From an uncultured Chloroflexia bacterium (GTDB lineage: Bacteria > Chloroflexota > Limnocylindria > Limnocylindrales > CSP1-4), in NCBI GenBank assembly GCA_963828965.1, contig CAWHGL010000005.1, positions 180,352 through 244,351 of the forward strand: DNA of 64,000 bases, written 5' to 3'. Under the pieces are notes generated by a model, which saw nothing but the letters and a program-made list of their open reading frames with translations, had not been told where the DNA came from and did no database searches. Of this stretch, positions 37,377 to 48,283 are shown piece after piece. A program made the translations under genes and the position numbers. The stretch's first letter is position 1. The number at the start of each line of letters is the position of its first letter.

Positions 37377-37601
37377 GTGCCCGTCACCCTCACCGCTGCC
37401 TTCCTGTGCGGCATGATCGCCCTGCTCGTCGGGGCGGTCCGCGCCATCGCGGCTGCTCGTCGTCTCGCGTCAGACATCGAGCGGCCGGTCCCCGGTCCCG
37501 CCGCGCCGCCGGCCCGGCGCTGGCTCCCGAGCCTCGCGTGGGGTGCGATCGCCGTCTACGGGCTGGTGCTGGCCTCGGCCGGGATCATCCTCGCGCGCTG
37601 A
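37377..37601 (+). CDS. Small two-helix membrane protein
   Basis: GGAGG RBS 6 nt before GTG 37377; two hydrophobic segments. Confidence 0.55.
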   Translation: MPVTLTAAFLCGMIALLVGAVRAIAAARRLASDIERPVPGPAAPPARRWLPSLAWGAIAVYGLVLASAGIILAR

Positions 37602-37767
37602 CGCGACCCCGACCCGGCGGCATCCCGTCGGCGCAGGGCCTCCTCGATGGCCCAGATGGCGAGCGGCCGCAGGTAGATCGAGGCGCGGTAGTCGCCGTTG
37701 ACGTCGTACGCCTCGGGCGTCCGGAACCACAGGCCGCGCGCTCATAGGTCACCGAGGCCGCCGCGAA
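37602..37767 (-). pseudogene. Remnant of a GH116 (GBA2-type beta-glucosidase) C-terminus
   Basis: Minus-strand translation VTYER/GLWFRTPEAYDVNGDYRASIYLRPLAIWAIEEAL matches the GH116 terminal motif from memory; no upstream gene body, internal frameshift near 37737. Confidence 0.7.
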
Positions 37768-37801
37768 CGGGGCCCCGATGGCTGTGCGAGACTCTTCCGC
37801 G

Positions 37802-39280
37802 ATGACCACGTCCACCGCGCCCGTGACCGACGCGCTGACGCGCTACGAGGCCGTCATCGGCATCGAGATCCATTGCCAGCTGCGCACGGTCTCGAAGATG
37901 TTCTGTGCATGCTCGACGGCCTACGACGGCGCCGCCCCGAACAGCCACGTCTGCCCGGTCTGCCTGGGGCTCCCGGGCGCCCTGCCGGTCATCAACCAGC
38001 GTGCCGTCGAGCTCGTCCTCGCGACGGGCCTGGCGATCGAGGCCAGCACGCCGGCGGCGACGCGCTGGGACCGCAAGAACTACTTCTACCCGGACCTGCC
38101 CAAGGGCTACCAGATCAGCCAGTACGACCTGCCGCTCGCCTCGGCCGGCCGGCTGACCGTGGACACCTCGGACGGACCGTTCACGGTCGGGATCACGCGG
38201 GCCCACCTCGAGGAGGACACCGCCAAGCTCGTCCATGCCGGGACGCCCGACGGGCGCAAGGTCTCCCTGGTCGACTTCAACCGATCGGGCGCTCCGCTCA
38301 TGGAGATCGTCACCGACCCGGTCATCCATACGGCCGAGCAAGCCCGCCGCTACGCCGAAGAGCTCCAGCTCGTGATGCGCACGATCGGCGCGTCCGACGC
38401 AGACATGGAGCGCGGCCAGATGCGGGTGGAGGCCAACGTCTCGCTGCGTCCGCGCGGCACGGAGCCATTCGGGACGCGGGTCGAGGTCAAGAACATGAAC
38501 TCGTTCCGCAGCGTCGAGCACGCCATCGACTACGAGATCGCCCGCCAGGCGGCGGCGCTCGACCGCGGCGAGACCCTGCGCCAGGAGACGCGCGGCTGGT
38601 CGGATGACCGCTCCGAGACGTACCACATGCGCTCGAAGGAGACGTCGGACGACTATCGCTACTTCCCGGAGCCCGACCTGCCGCCCCTGCACATCGACGC
38701 CTCATGGTTGGCGGCCCTCGCAGCGTCGATGCCCGAGCTCCCCGCGGCGCGCCGCGCCCGCTACCGCGATGACCTGGGACTGAGCGCCTACGACGCCGGG
38801 GTCCTGGCCGCCGACCCGGACGCGAGCGAGCTGTTCGAGGCGACCCGCGCGGCCGACCCGTCGCTCACCCCGAAGGCCGTCGCGAACTGGGTCACCGGGG
38901 AGTACCTGCGCCTGCGCAAGGGCGCCGACGCGGTCCGGGTCGATCCGCTCGAGCTCGCGGCGATCGTCCGGGCGGTGGACGACGGGACGCTCTCGCGCGG
39001 AAACGCCAAGGAGGTCCTCGAGGACCACGCCGCCAGCGGCCGCCCGGCGGCGGCGATCATCGAAGAGCGCGGCTTCCGCCAGATCAGCGACACGGGAGAG
39101 CTCGCGACCGCCGTCGAGGCGGCCGTCGTCGCCAATCCGGCCGCCGTGGCCGACTACCGGGCGGGTCGCCAGCAGGCTGTCGGGTTCCTCGTCGGCCAGG
39201 TCATGAAGGCGACGCGCGGTCAGGCCAACGCGGCCCTCGTGCAGGCAGCGGTCCGTGCGCGGCTGGACGCCGAAGCGTAG
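37802..39280 (+). CDS. gatB: Asp/Glu-tRNA amidotransferase subunit B
   Basis: VIGIEIHCQL, CLGLPGALP, RKNYFYPDLPKGYQISQ, HLEED, DFNRSGAPLMEIVT, EVKNMNS, YRYFPEPDL. Confidence 0.96.
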   Translation: MTTSTAPVTDALTRYEAVIGIEIHCQLRTVSKMFCACSTAYDGAAPNSHVCPVCLGLPGALPVINQRAVELVLATGLAIEASTPAATRWDRKNYFYPDLPKGYQISQYDLPLASAGRLTVDTSDGPFTVGITRAHLEEDTAKLVHAGTPDGRKVSLVDFNRSGAPLMEIVTDPVIHTAEQARRYAEELQLVMRTIGASDADMERGQMRVEANVSLRPRGTEPFGTRVEVKNMNSFRSVEHAIDYEIARQAAALDRGETLRQETRGWSDDRSETYHMRSKETSDDYRYFPEPDLPPLHIDASWLAALAASMPELPAARRARYRDDLGLSAYDAGVLAADPDASELFEATRAADPSLTPKAVANWVTGEYLRLRKGADAVRVDPLELAAIVRAVDDGTLSRGNAKEVLEDHAASGRPAAAIIEERGFRQISDTGELATAVEAAVVANPAAVADYRAGRQQAVGFLVGQVMKATRGQANAALVQAAVRARLDAEA

Positions 39281-39297
39281 AGGAGCGATCTCGTCCG

Positions 39298-39573
39298 ATG
39301 GGACTCATCAACCTGCTCCTGTGGGGAGCCGGCGTCGTGCTCGTGATCGTGGGCGTCACCCGGGCACGCGCTCCGTGGGCGCGCTACCAGGCCCTCAAGG
39401 AGCAGGACGCCAATGTCGCCCGCTATGAGGCGTGGCGGGGCGGCGTTCGTGGCGACGATGACCGGACGGGCGCATCGGTGGCGATGGACATCCTGCGCCG
39501 GCAGGCCCGCGTCGCCGGCCTCATCGCCGTGGTCGGCGTCGTCCTGATCTTCTTCGGCTTCCTCATCCGCTGA
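39298..39573 (+). CDS. Small membrane protein
   Basis: AGGAG RBS; N- and C-terminal hydrophobic helices. Confidence 0.65.
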   Translation: MGLINLLLWGAGVVLVIVGVTRARAPWARYQALKEQDANVARYEAWRGGVRGDDDRTGASVAMDILRRQARVAGLIAVVGVVLIFFGFLIR

Positions 39574-40453
39574 GCTCGTCGCCCGGCCGGGGTGGCGCGG
39601 GCGTGGCCGCCTCGTGCACGGTGGGCACGGTCGGCAACCGCTCGTAGGCCTCGTCGGGCAGCGGCCGGAGCCAGGCCGTCGCGGCGGCGCCGCCCACCTT
39701 GCCGCGCTCGACGGCCGCGAGCAGGTCGCCCTCCAGGTCGTCGCCGAGGGTGGCCAGCGACCAGGCGATGAACGCGTCGCCGCAGCCGACCGTCGTGCCG
39801 AGGACCGGCACCGGCACGACCGGCACGAAGCGGTCCGGCGTTCCCGATCGACCGTCGACCACGAGCACGCCCGCGGCTCCGAACGTCACGACCAGCCGTC
39901 GTCCGAGGTCGCGGGCGATCCGCGCCAGCTCGGCGACGGTGGGGTCGGCTGGGTCGCCCGGCCAGCCGACGAAGGCGAGGTCGACCATCCGCAGCGTGGT
40001 CGCGAAGCGGTCCACGGTGTAGTGCCGGAAGCCGAGGATGTCGACGCTCACCGCCCGTCGGGCAAGCACGCCGGCCGCGTGCAGTCGCTCGAGCTCGGCG
40101 ATCGCGCCCTCGACCAGCACCACGTGCAGGCGACCGGGTCCCGCCAGGCGGTCGATCTCGCGCCGGGTCGAGCGGTAGTCGGCCCAGACGCCTTCGACGA
40201 AACGGTCCATGTGGGGCTGGCCGTCGGGCAGGATCTCGATGTCGATGGTGGCCGACGGGCCGTCGCCGACGATCGCGTCGCCCTCGGTCGGGATCCCGTG
40301 TCGGTCGAGGAACCGACGCGCGACGGCGGCATGGTCGGCTCCGATCCGGGTCAGCAGCCGGAACGGCACGCCGAGCTGGCGCCAGTGCCAGGCCATGTTG
40401 AGGGCGCCGCCGCCGGGCAGCACGGTCCCGTCGCGGTAGAGGTCGAGGCTCAA
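39563..40453 (-). CDS. PfkB-family carbohydrate kinase (fructosamine-kinase-like); start uncertain
   Basis: PGGGALNMA near the N-terminus, VTFGAAG, TVGCGDAF anion-hole motif. Confidence 0.8.
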   Translation of the reverse strand: MSLDLYRDGTVLPGGGALNMAWHWRQLGVPFRLLTRIGADHAAVARRFLDRHGIPTEGDAIVGDGPSATIDIEILPDGQPHMDRFVEGVWADYRSTRREIDRLAGPGRLHVVLVEGAIAELERLHAAGVLARRAVSVDILGFRHYTVDRFATTLRMVDLAFVGWPGDPADPTVAELARIARDLGRRLVVTFGAAGVLVVDGRSGTPDRFVPVVPVPVLGTTVGCGDAFIAWSLATLGDDLEGDLLAAVERGKVGGAAATAWLRPLPDEAYERLPTVPTVHEAATPAPPRPGDELSG

Positions 40454-40531
40454 CGGCCCCAGCAGCAGGGTCTCGTCGCCGGCGGCCGGTGGCGCGCTCC
40501 GTCCCAGATGGCGTGCCGGCTCCCGGATCGC

Positions 40532-41296
40532 TCACAGCCCCGCGAGGGCGTCGGCGCGCGCGTCGCCGAGCGCGAGGAACCGGTCGTAGCGGACCTCGAT
40601 GACCTTGCTGCCCTGCCAGAACGCCTCGACCGAGAGGTGTCCACAGCCCTCGTGGTGGTACCACTCCGTGCGCGCGGGCATGGCCGCGATGAGGCTCGGA
40701 TCGTGGACCGGGACGACGGCCGGGTTGAGGCAGTAGCCGGGCGACGTCGGCTCGCGGATCTGGAGGAGGTGCGCGCCGCGGAATCCGCGCGCCCGCGGGA
40801 CCAGGTGGCGCACGCCCGTCCCAAGGTCGACGAGCTCGACCAACTCGTCGGGTGTCGCGACCACGTCCGGCCAGCCGGGATCGTCGACGAGCCCGGCGAT
40901 CACCCGCCGCACGGAGATGTCCTGGTAGTGGTTCATCGCCGTGTGGGGCTGGTCGTAGTCGTCGTCGTGGACGTTCGCGACCTGGTCGTCGTAGACGTTG
41001 CCACACGCCGTCACGAGGAAGCGAACGAGGGCCGGCCGGCTCGTGAGGTAGACGCGATAGGCCTCCTCGTACTCGGCGAGCGCGACGGCCCGCGAGACGA
41101 TGGCGCCGCGCACGATGTGGGCCAGACGCCAGCCATCCGCGCCGAACCGCGCATCGAGCGTCGCCCGCCAGTGGGCCTTGGATGCCCCGGCGAAGCCCGG
41201 CGCCCCGACCGGGATCCAGACCGCCTCGAGCGCTGCCACGGCGGCCGGGTCGATGCCGGCCCAGGGATCGGTCACGTCGCCGCCGGCGGTCGTCAT
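40532..41296 (-). CDS. Conserved-looking hypothetical protein
   Basis: Clean GC3 bias; motifs NVYDD, NHYQDISVRR, SVEAFWQGSK. Confidence 0.7.
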   Translation of the reverse strand: MTTAGGDVTDPWAGIDPAAVAALEAVWIPVGAPGFAGASKAHWRATLDARFGADGWRLAHIVRGAIVSRAVALAEYEEAYRVYLTSRPALVRFLVTACGNVYDDQVANVHDDDYDQPHTAMNHYQDISVRRVIAGLVDDPGWPDVVATPDELVELVDLGTGVRHLVPRARGFRGAHLLQIREPTSPGYCLNPAVVPVHDPSLIAAMPARTEWYHHEGCGHLSVEAFWQGSKVIEVRYDRFLALGDARADALAGL

Positions 41297-41414
41297 CGTC
41301 GAACATCGGGGACAGGGTACGGCCTCGCGACGGGCCTCGGCCGCCAGGTCCGAGGCCATAGACTGGCGGTCCCCCCACCGACCCGGACCCGGGCACCCAG
41401 CAGGAGCGAGGAGC

Positions 41415-42573
41415 ATGCGCCAACGCACCGACGGACAGGGCTTCGCGACGCGGGCGATCCACGCGGGCGAGCGGCCGGACCCGGCCACGCATGCGCACAA
41501 CACGCCCATCTACGCGACGGCCACGTTCGCCTTCGACACGGCGGCCGAGAAGGAGGACGCCGTCGATCGGGCGCTCGCCTGGGAGCCCGGTGCGTACTTC
41601 TATTCGCGGACGGGCAACCCGACGAATCGGGCACTCGAGGAGAAGATCGCCTCGCTCGAGGGTGCCGAAGATGCCGTGGTCTCGTCGTCGGGGATGGCGG
41701 CCGTCTCGGCGACGCTGTTCGCGCACCTGGGCGCCGGCGACCACGTCGTCGTCGGTGACGAGCTGTTCGCGATCACCAAGGTGCTCCTCGACGACGACTT
41801 CCCGCGGCGCGGCATCGGCGTGACCCGCGTGGACACCACCGACCTGGCGGCGATCGAGGCGGCCATCACCCCGGCGACGAAGGCGGTGTTCCTCGAGACC
41901 TCGACCAATCCACGGCTGCGCGTGGCCGATCTCGACGCGGTCGCGGCGATCGGCCACGCCCACGGGCTCATCGTCATCGCCGACAACACGTTCCTCGGGC
42001 CCGGCCCTGCTGCGGCCGCTCGAGCACGGCGCGGACCTCGTCCTCCACGCGGCGACGAAATACCTGTCCGGGCACGGCGACGCCGTGTCGGGCGTCGTGT
42101 CCGGTCGCAAGGCCCTCATCGACCCGATCCGCCAGCAGACCGATACGCTCGGACAAGCCGCCAGCCCGTTCTCGAGCTTCCTCGTGCTGCGCGGCGTGCG
42201 GACGCTGCCGCTGCGCTCGCGAGCCGGGTCGGAGAACGCGGCCCGCATCGCCGCCTTCCTCGACGACCATCCCAAGGTCGACTGGGTGCACTACCCGGGT
42301 CTCGCCTCGCACCCGGACCACGAAGTCGCGCGCCGGCTGCTTGGCACGCACGCGGGAGCGATGGTCACGTTCCAGCCACGCGGCGCGCTCGCGGGGATGG
42401 CCGCCTTCACGGACCATCTGGCCCTGTGCGACATCGGGGTCAGCCTGGGTGACATCCACACGCTGGTGTATCCGCGGCCAAAGGACGGCGGGATCATCCG
42501 GCTGTCGATCGGATGCGAGGACGTCGAGGACCTCATCGCCGATTTCGAGCTGGGCCTGTCCCACGTGGCCTGA
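41415..42573 (+). CDS. PLP-dependent trans-sulfuration enzyme (cystathionine gamma-synthase / methionine gamma-lyase family); frameshift near 42000
   Basis: TRAIHAG, YSRTGNPT, SSGMAA, ETSTNP, DNTF, HAATKYLSGHGD (PLP Lys), YPGL, GVSLG, IRLSIGCED. Confidence 0.9.
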
Positions 42574-42666
42574 GGCGACGGCGTGCGTCCTTGCGCCGCT
42601 TGGCCCCGCCTGGCGCCGGGAGCGCCGGAACCGAGCCGGGGCCGACCGGGTCCGGTCAGGCCGGCG

Positions 42667-43437
42667 TCACTCCCGGCCCAGCTCGACCGCGGCCGCCAGG
42701 GCGGCACCGATGGTCCGGTCGATGCGCGACTGGAGCTCCTCTTCGGGCAAGCGCTCCCAGCCGTGGCCGCCCTCGGGGACGTCGGCGGGAGCGATGATCA
42801 CGTCCGACACGGTCAGGATCGTGCCGGCCCGGACGGGTCGGCCCTTCGCCCGCTCGCGCATCGCCAGCAGGAATACCGCGGCCGATTCCATCTCGGCCGA
42901 CAGGTATCCGCGCGCGCCCCAGCGGCCGGCGCCGGCCGGATTCGGGTCGTAGAAGACGTCGGAGGTGACGATCGGCCCCACATGCGTCGTCAGACCGGCC
43001 GCCTCGCTGGCCCGCACGAGCGCCTGGACCACCTCGTAGTCGGCGGTCGGCGCGGTCGCCTCGCCGCCACCCAGGATCGAGCCGACCCCGGTGTGGGCGG
43101 CGGCGGCCAGCGCCACCACGACATCACCGAGGCCCGTCCCGCGATAGCCACCGGTCGTGCCGACCCGGATGAGCGTGGTGCAGCCGAGGTTGAGCAGCTC
43201 CTCCACGACGATCGACGTGGTCGGCGTGCCCATCATCGTGGTCTGGATCGACAGCGGCACCCCGTCGAGCGTGCCGGTGTAGCCGAGCAGTCCGCGGTTG
43301 GCGTTGACGAGGGCGGTCGCCTCCAGGCCGCCATCGAAGCGGGCGGCCATCCGGGTGGCCCGGTTCGGGTCACCGGGCAGGAGGACCACCGGGGCGTACG
43401 CGCCGGGCTCGGCGTGGAGATGGATCTGGGGGGCCAT
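42667..43437 (-). CDS. deoD: Purine nucleoside phosphorylase (DeoD/UDP phosphorylase family)
   Basis: IHL, LPGDPNRA, TMMGTP, IRVGTTG, TSDVFY, AEMESAA, TVSD. Confidence 0.82.
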   Translation of the reverse strand: MAPQIHLHAEPGAYAPVVLLPGDPNRATRMAARFDGGLEATALVNANRGLLGYTGTLDGVPLSIQTTMMGTPTTSIVVEELLNLGCTTLIRVGTTGGYRGTGLGDVVVALAAAAHTGVGSILGGGEATAPTADYEVVQALVRASEAAGLTTHVGPIVTSDVFYDPNPAGAGRWGARGYLSAEMESAAVFLLAMRERAKGRPVRAGTILTVSDVIIAPADVPEGGHGWERLPEEELQSRIDRTIGAALAAAVELGRE

Positions 43438-43536
43438 GGGGCTGCCTCCGCTGGCACGGACGGTGGGTCGGGGAGGGGATGGGTCAGCGCAGCATAGCCA
43501 CGTCACCGGGCCCCCGGGACGTCGCCTGGGGTCGGG

Positions 43537-44028
43537 TCAGCGCGCCGCCAGCCGCCGGACTTCCACGATCGTGCAGCGATCCATGACCACCGCCAGACCC
43601 GCCTCGTGGGCCAGCTGCCCGGCAGCCCGCGACGCGATCCCCAGCTGCAGCCACAGGCAGCGCGCCCCGACCGCCACGGCCTCGCGCGCCGGCTCGAGGC
43701 AGTCCTCGGCGCGCCGGAAGACATCGACGATGTCGACGGCGCCGGTCGCCTCGACCGCGGCCGTGACCGTCGGATAGCAGGGCCGACCGTCCACCTCGGT
43801 GGCGTTGGGGTTGACGGGCACGACGTCATACCCGGCCGCGCGCAGGTCGCGGAACACGCCGGACGAGGGTCGGCGCGGGTCGTTGGATGCCCCGACCATG
43901 GCGATCCGCGGCGCGCTCGAGAGGAGCGTCCGGATCCCGGCGTCGTCGAGCAGCGGGACGCCCAGCCGACCCTCCTGGAGGTCCAGCAGGTCGGCGATGG
44001 CGGCACGCTCCGCGCGCGGGTCACGCAT
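43537..44028 (-). CDS. CoA-binding domain protein (YccU-like)
   Basis: IAMVGASNDPRRPS, VPVNP, DIVDVFR, WLQLG, VMDRC. Confidence 0.88.
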   Translation of the reverse strand: MRDPRAERAAIADLLDLQEGRLGVPLLDDAGIRTLLSSAPRIAMVGASNDPRRPSSGVFRDLRAAGYDVVPVNPNATEVDGRPCYPTVTAAVEATGAVDIVDVFRRAEDCLEPAREAVAVGARCLWLQLGIASRAAGQLAHEAGLAVVMDRCTIVEVRRLAAR

Positions 44029-44208
44029 GGTGGGTTCGTCGCTCCGATATGATCGGGCCTGGTCGTCCAGCGGCCCCGTCCTGACCGGTCCTCGTGGAGG
44101 CGAGAAAGGTTGCGTCATCCGTTGACGCAGGGCCGTGCCGTTGGCGTACTCTACGGCGTGCCCGGCTCTCTGGGAGGGATGCCCGGGGCTTCAGAGGAGG
44201 AAGTCACT

Positions 44209-45446
44209 TTGCAGATCTCTCGCAGGCTGCTCGCGCTCGGCGCGACGTCAGCCCTCTTGCTCGCGGCCTGTTCGAGCTCCGGCTCGTCGACGGCGCCGTC
44301 AGCGGCCGCACCCTCGGAGGCCGCCCCGTCGGCGGCTGCGTCCGAGGCCGCCCCGTCCGCGGCTGCATCGGAGGCCGCGTCCGCGGCCCCGTCCAGCGCG
44401 CTCAACACCGACTACACCGCCTGCGTCGCGTTCGACACCGGTGGTCTGGGCGACAAGGGCTTCAACGACCTGGCCAAGAAGGGCCTCGAGGACGCCGCCG
44501 CGCTCGGCTACAAGACGTTCTTCAGCGAGGCGCAGGGCGCCACGGACTACGAGTCGAACATCCAGCGCCTGCTCGACCAGGGCTGCCAGTCGATCATCAC
44601 GGTCGGCTTCCTGCAGAGCTCGGCAACGGCCAAGGCGACCCTCGCCAATCCGACCATCGCCTTCGGGCAGGTCGACGCCACGTGGAACTCCGCTGGCGAC
44701 GACTTCACCCCGGGCACGGCCGACGATCCGCCTCCGGGCGTCCCGGCCAACTTCACCGGCCTCGACTACCAGGTCGACCAGGCTTCGATGCTCGCCGGCT
44801 ATCTCGCCGCGGCGTTCAGCAAGTCGGGCAAGGTCGGGACCTACGGCGGCCTCGCCTTCCCGGGCGTGACGCGCTTCATGGACGGCTTCTACGCGGGCGT
44901 CCAGTACCACAACCAGAAGAAGGGCACGGCCGTCGAGGTCGTCGGCTGGGACGGTTCGCTCCCGGATCCCACCGACCGACCGGCACCTTCGTCGGCGGCA
45001 GCGGTGGCACCGACACCTGGAACGACCCGGCCAAGGGTGAGCAGTTCGCCAAGACGTTCCTCGACCAGGGCGTGGACATCGTCCATCCGGTCGCGGGCGA
45101 GACCGGCAACGGCACCATCAAGGCCATGCTCGCCGCGGGCAAGTGGGCGATCGGGGTCGACAACGACCAGACGCTGACCCTGCCCGAGTACGCGGGCGCC
45201 ATCCTGACCTCGGCCCAGAAGGCCATCGACGTCTCGGTCCTTGACGTGATCAAGAAGACCTCGGGCGGCGACCTCGGCGGCGAGGACTACTCCGGCACGC
45301 TCGCCAACGCCGGCGTGCTCCTCTCCCCGTTCCACGACTTCGATAGCCAGATCTCCGCCGACACCAAGACGGAGCTCGATGCGCTGAAGGCGGGCATCGT
45401 CGACGGCAGCGTCACGGTCTGCAGCTTCCTCGGACGCGGCTGCTAG
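44209..45446 (+). CDS. BMP-family ABC substrate-binding lipoprotein (nucleoside uptake); frameshift near 44975
   Basis: Lipobox LLAAC, GLGDKGFN, ITVGF, LAGYLAA, VAGETG, AIGVD, TSAQK; GAGGAGG RBS, TTG start. Confidence 0.88.
44314..44379 (+). repeat. About 2.4 copies of a 27-nt unit encoding SEAAPSAAA in the BMP linker
   Basis: TCGGAGGCCGCCCCGTCGGCGGCTGCG / TCCGAGGCCGCCCCGTCCGCGGCTGCA / TCGGAGGCCGCG. Confidence 0.8.
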
Positions 45447-45476
45447 CGAGCGGCGTGCACACCTGAGGGTCATGTC

Positions 45477-45513
45477 GACCGCCCCCGGTCCGCCACGCGG
45501 ACCGGGGGCGGTC
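45477..45513 (+). terminator. Intra-operon hairpin after the BMP gene (mRNA stabiliser or partial terminator)
   Basis: GACCGCCCCCGGTCCGC-CAC-GCGGACCGGGGGCGGTC, perfect 17-bp stem. Confidence 0.7.
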
Positions 45514-45536
45514 GTCTACACGGCGAGGTCCTGCTG

Positions 45537-47056
<1,520 letters not shown>

Positions 47057-47060
<4 letters not shown>

Positions 47061-48283
47061 CGACCATCCGGGAGCTCGGCCGCAAGACGCTCGTCCCGTT
47101 CCTCGCGCTGGTCACCGCGCTCCTGTTCGGGGCCGTCGTGATCATCCTGACGGACCTCCAGGCCTGGCAGAAGCTCGGCACCGACCCGATCGCGGCCATC
47201 AGCGGCGCGGTCGGCGGGGTCGTCAACGGCTACGGCGCGATGCTGGCGGGCGCCTTCGGCGATCCCGTCCGGATCGTGACGGCGTTCGAGACCGGGAACG
47301 CCAACGACATCGCGACCGCGATCCGGCCGTTCACCGAGACCCTGGTGACGGCGACCCCGCTGATCTTCTGCGGTCTCGCCGTCGCGATCTCGTTCCGGGC
47401 GGGCATGTTCAACATCGGTGTCGACGGGCAGCTGATGATCGGCGCGCTCGGGGCCACGATCACCGCGTTCGCGCTGCAGGGCCAGGTGCCCAGCCCGGTG
47501 AACGTGCTGGCGTCGCTGGCCGTCGGGACCGCGTCGGGCGCGTTCTGGGGCTTCATCCCCGGCTTCCTCAAGGCGCGCACGGGCGCCCATGAGGTGATCA
47601 CGACGATCATGCTCAACTACGTGGCGGCCCAGGTCGTCTTCTTCGCCCTGCGCTCACCGACCCTGCGACGGCCGGGCAGCACCGCGCCGATCTCCAAGCC
47701 GCTCGATGGCTTCGTCAACATCCCGCTGATCGTCGACCTGCCGGCGATCCGCCTGGACTACAGCTTCATCATCGCGCTGGTGATGGCGGCGGTCGTGTCA
47801 TTCCTGCTGTTCCGCACGACCAAGGGCTTCGAGCTGCGCGCCTCCGGGTTCAACCTGACCGCGGCGCGCTACGCGGGCATGAGCGCGGGCGGCTCGATGA
47901 TGGTGGCGATGGCGCTGTCGGGCGCCCTGGCCGGGCTGGCCGGCTCGTTCATGGTCATCGGCACCGTCGGGACGCTGTCGCTCGACCTCTCGGGCGGCAT
48001 CGGCTTCACCGCGATCGCCCTGGCCCTGCTGGCCGGCCTCCGACCGAGCGGCGTCGTGGCGGCGGCACTCCTCTTCGGGGTGCTGACCTCGGGCGGCAAG
48101 CTCATGGGCATCCAGTCGGGGATCCCCTTCGACCTGCTGGTCTTCATCATGGCGCTCGTCATCTTGTTCGTGGCCGCGCCGAACCTGATCCGGTCCATCT
48201 GGCATCTCGGGACCGGTAAACCGCCGCCGCCCGAGGCACCGCCCACCATCCCGCCCGCGACCCACCCGTCGGCGCCGATATGA
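47057..48283 (+). CDS. Nucleoside ABC permease
   Basis: FNIGVDGQ, HEVITTIMLN, KGFELRA, GFTAIALALL. Confidence 0.9.

Noticed and set aside
44314-44379. Tandem 27-nt repeat as a contingency locus
   Set aside because: In-frame, degenerate, and encodes an ordinary lipoprotein linker like other Ser/Ala/Pro linkers in the window.
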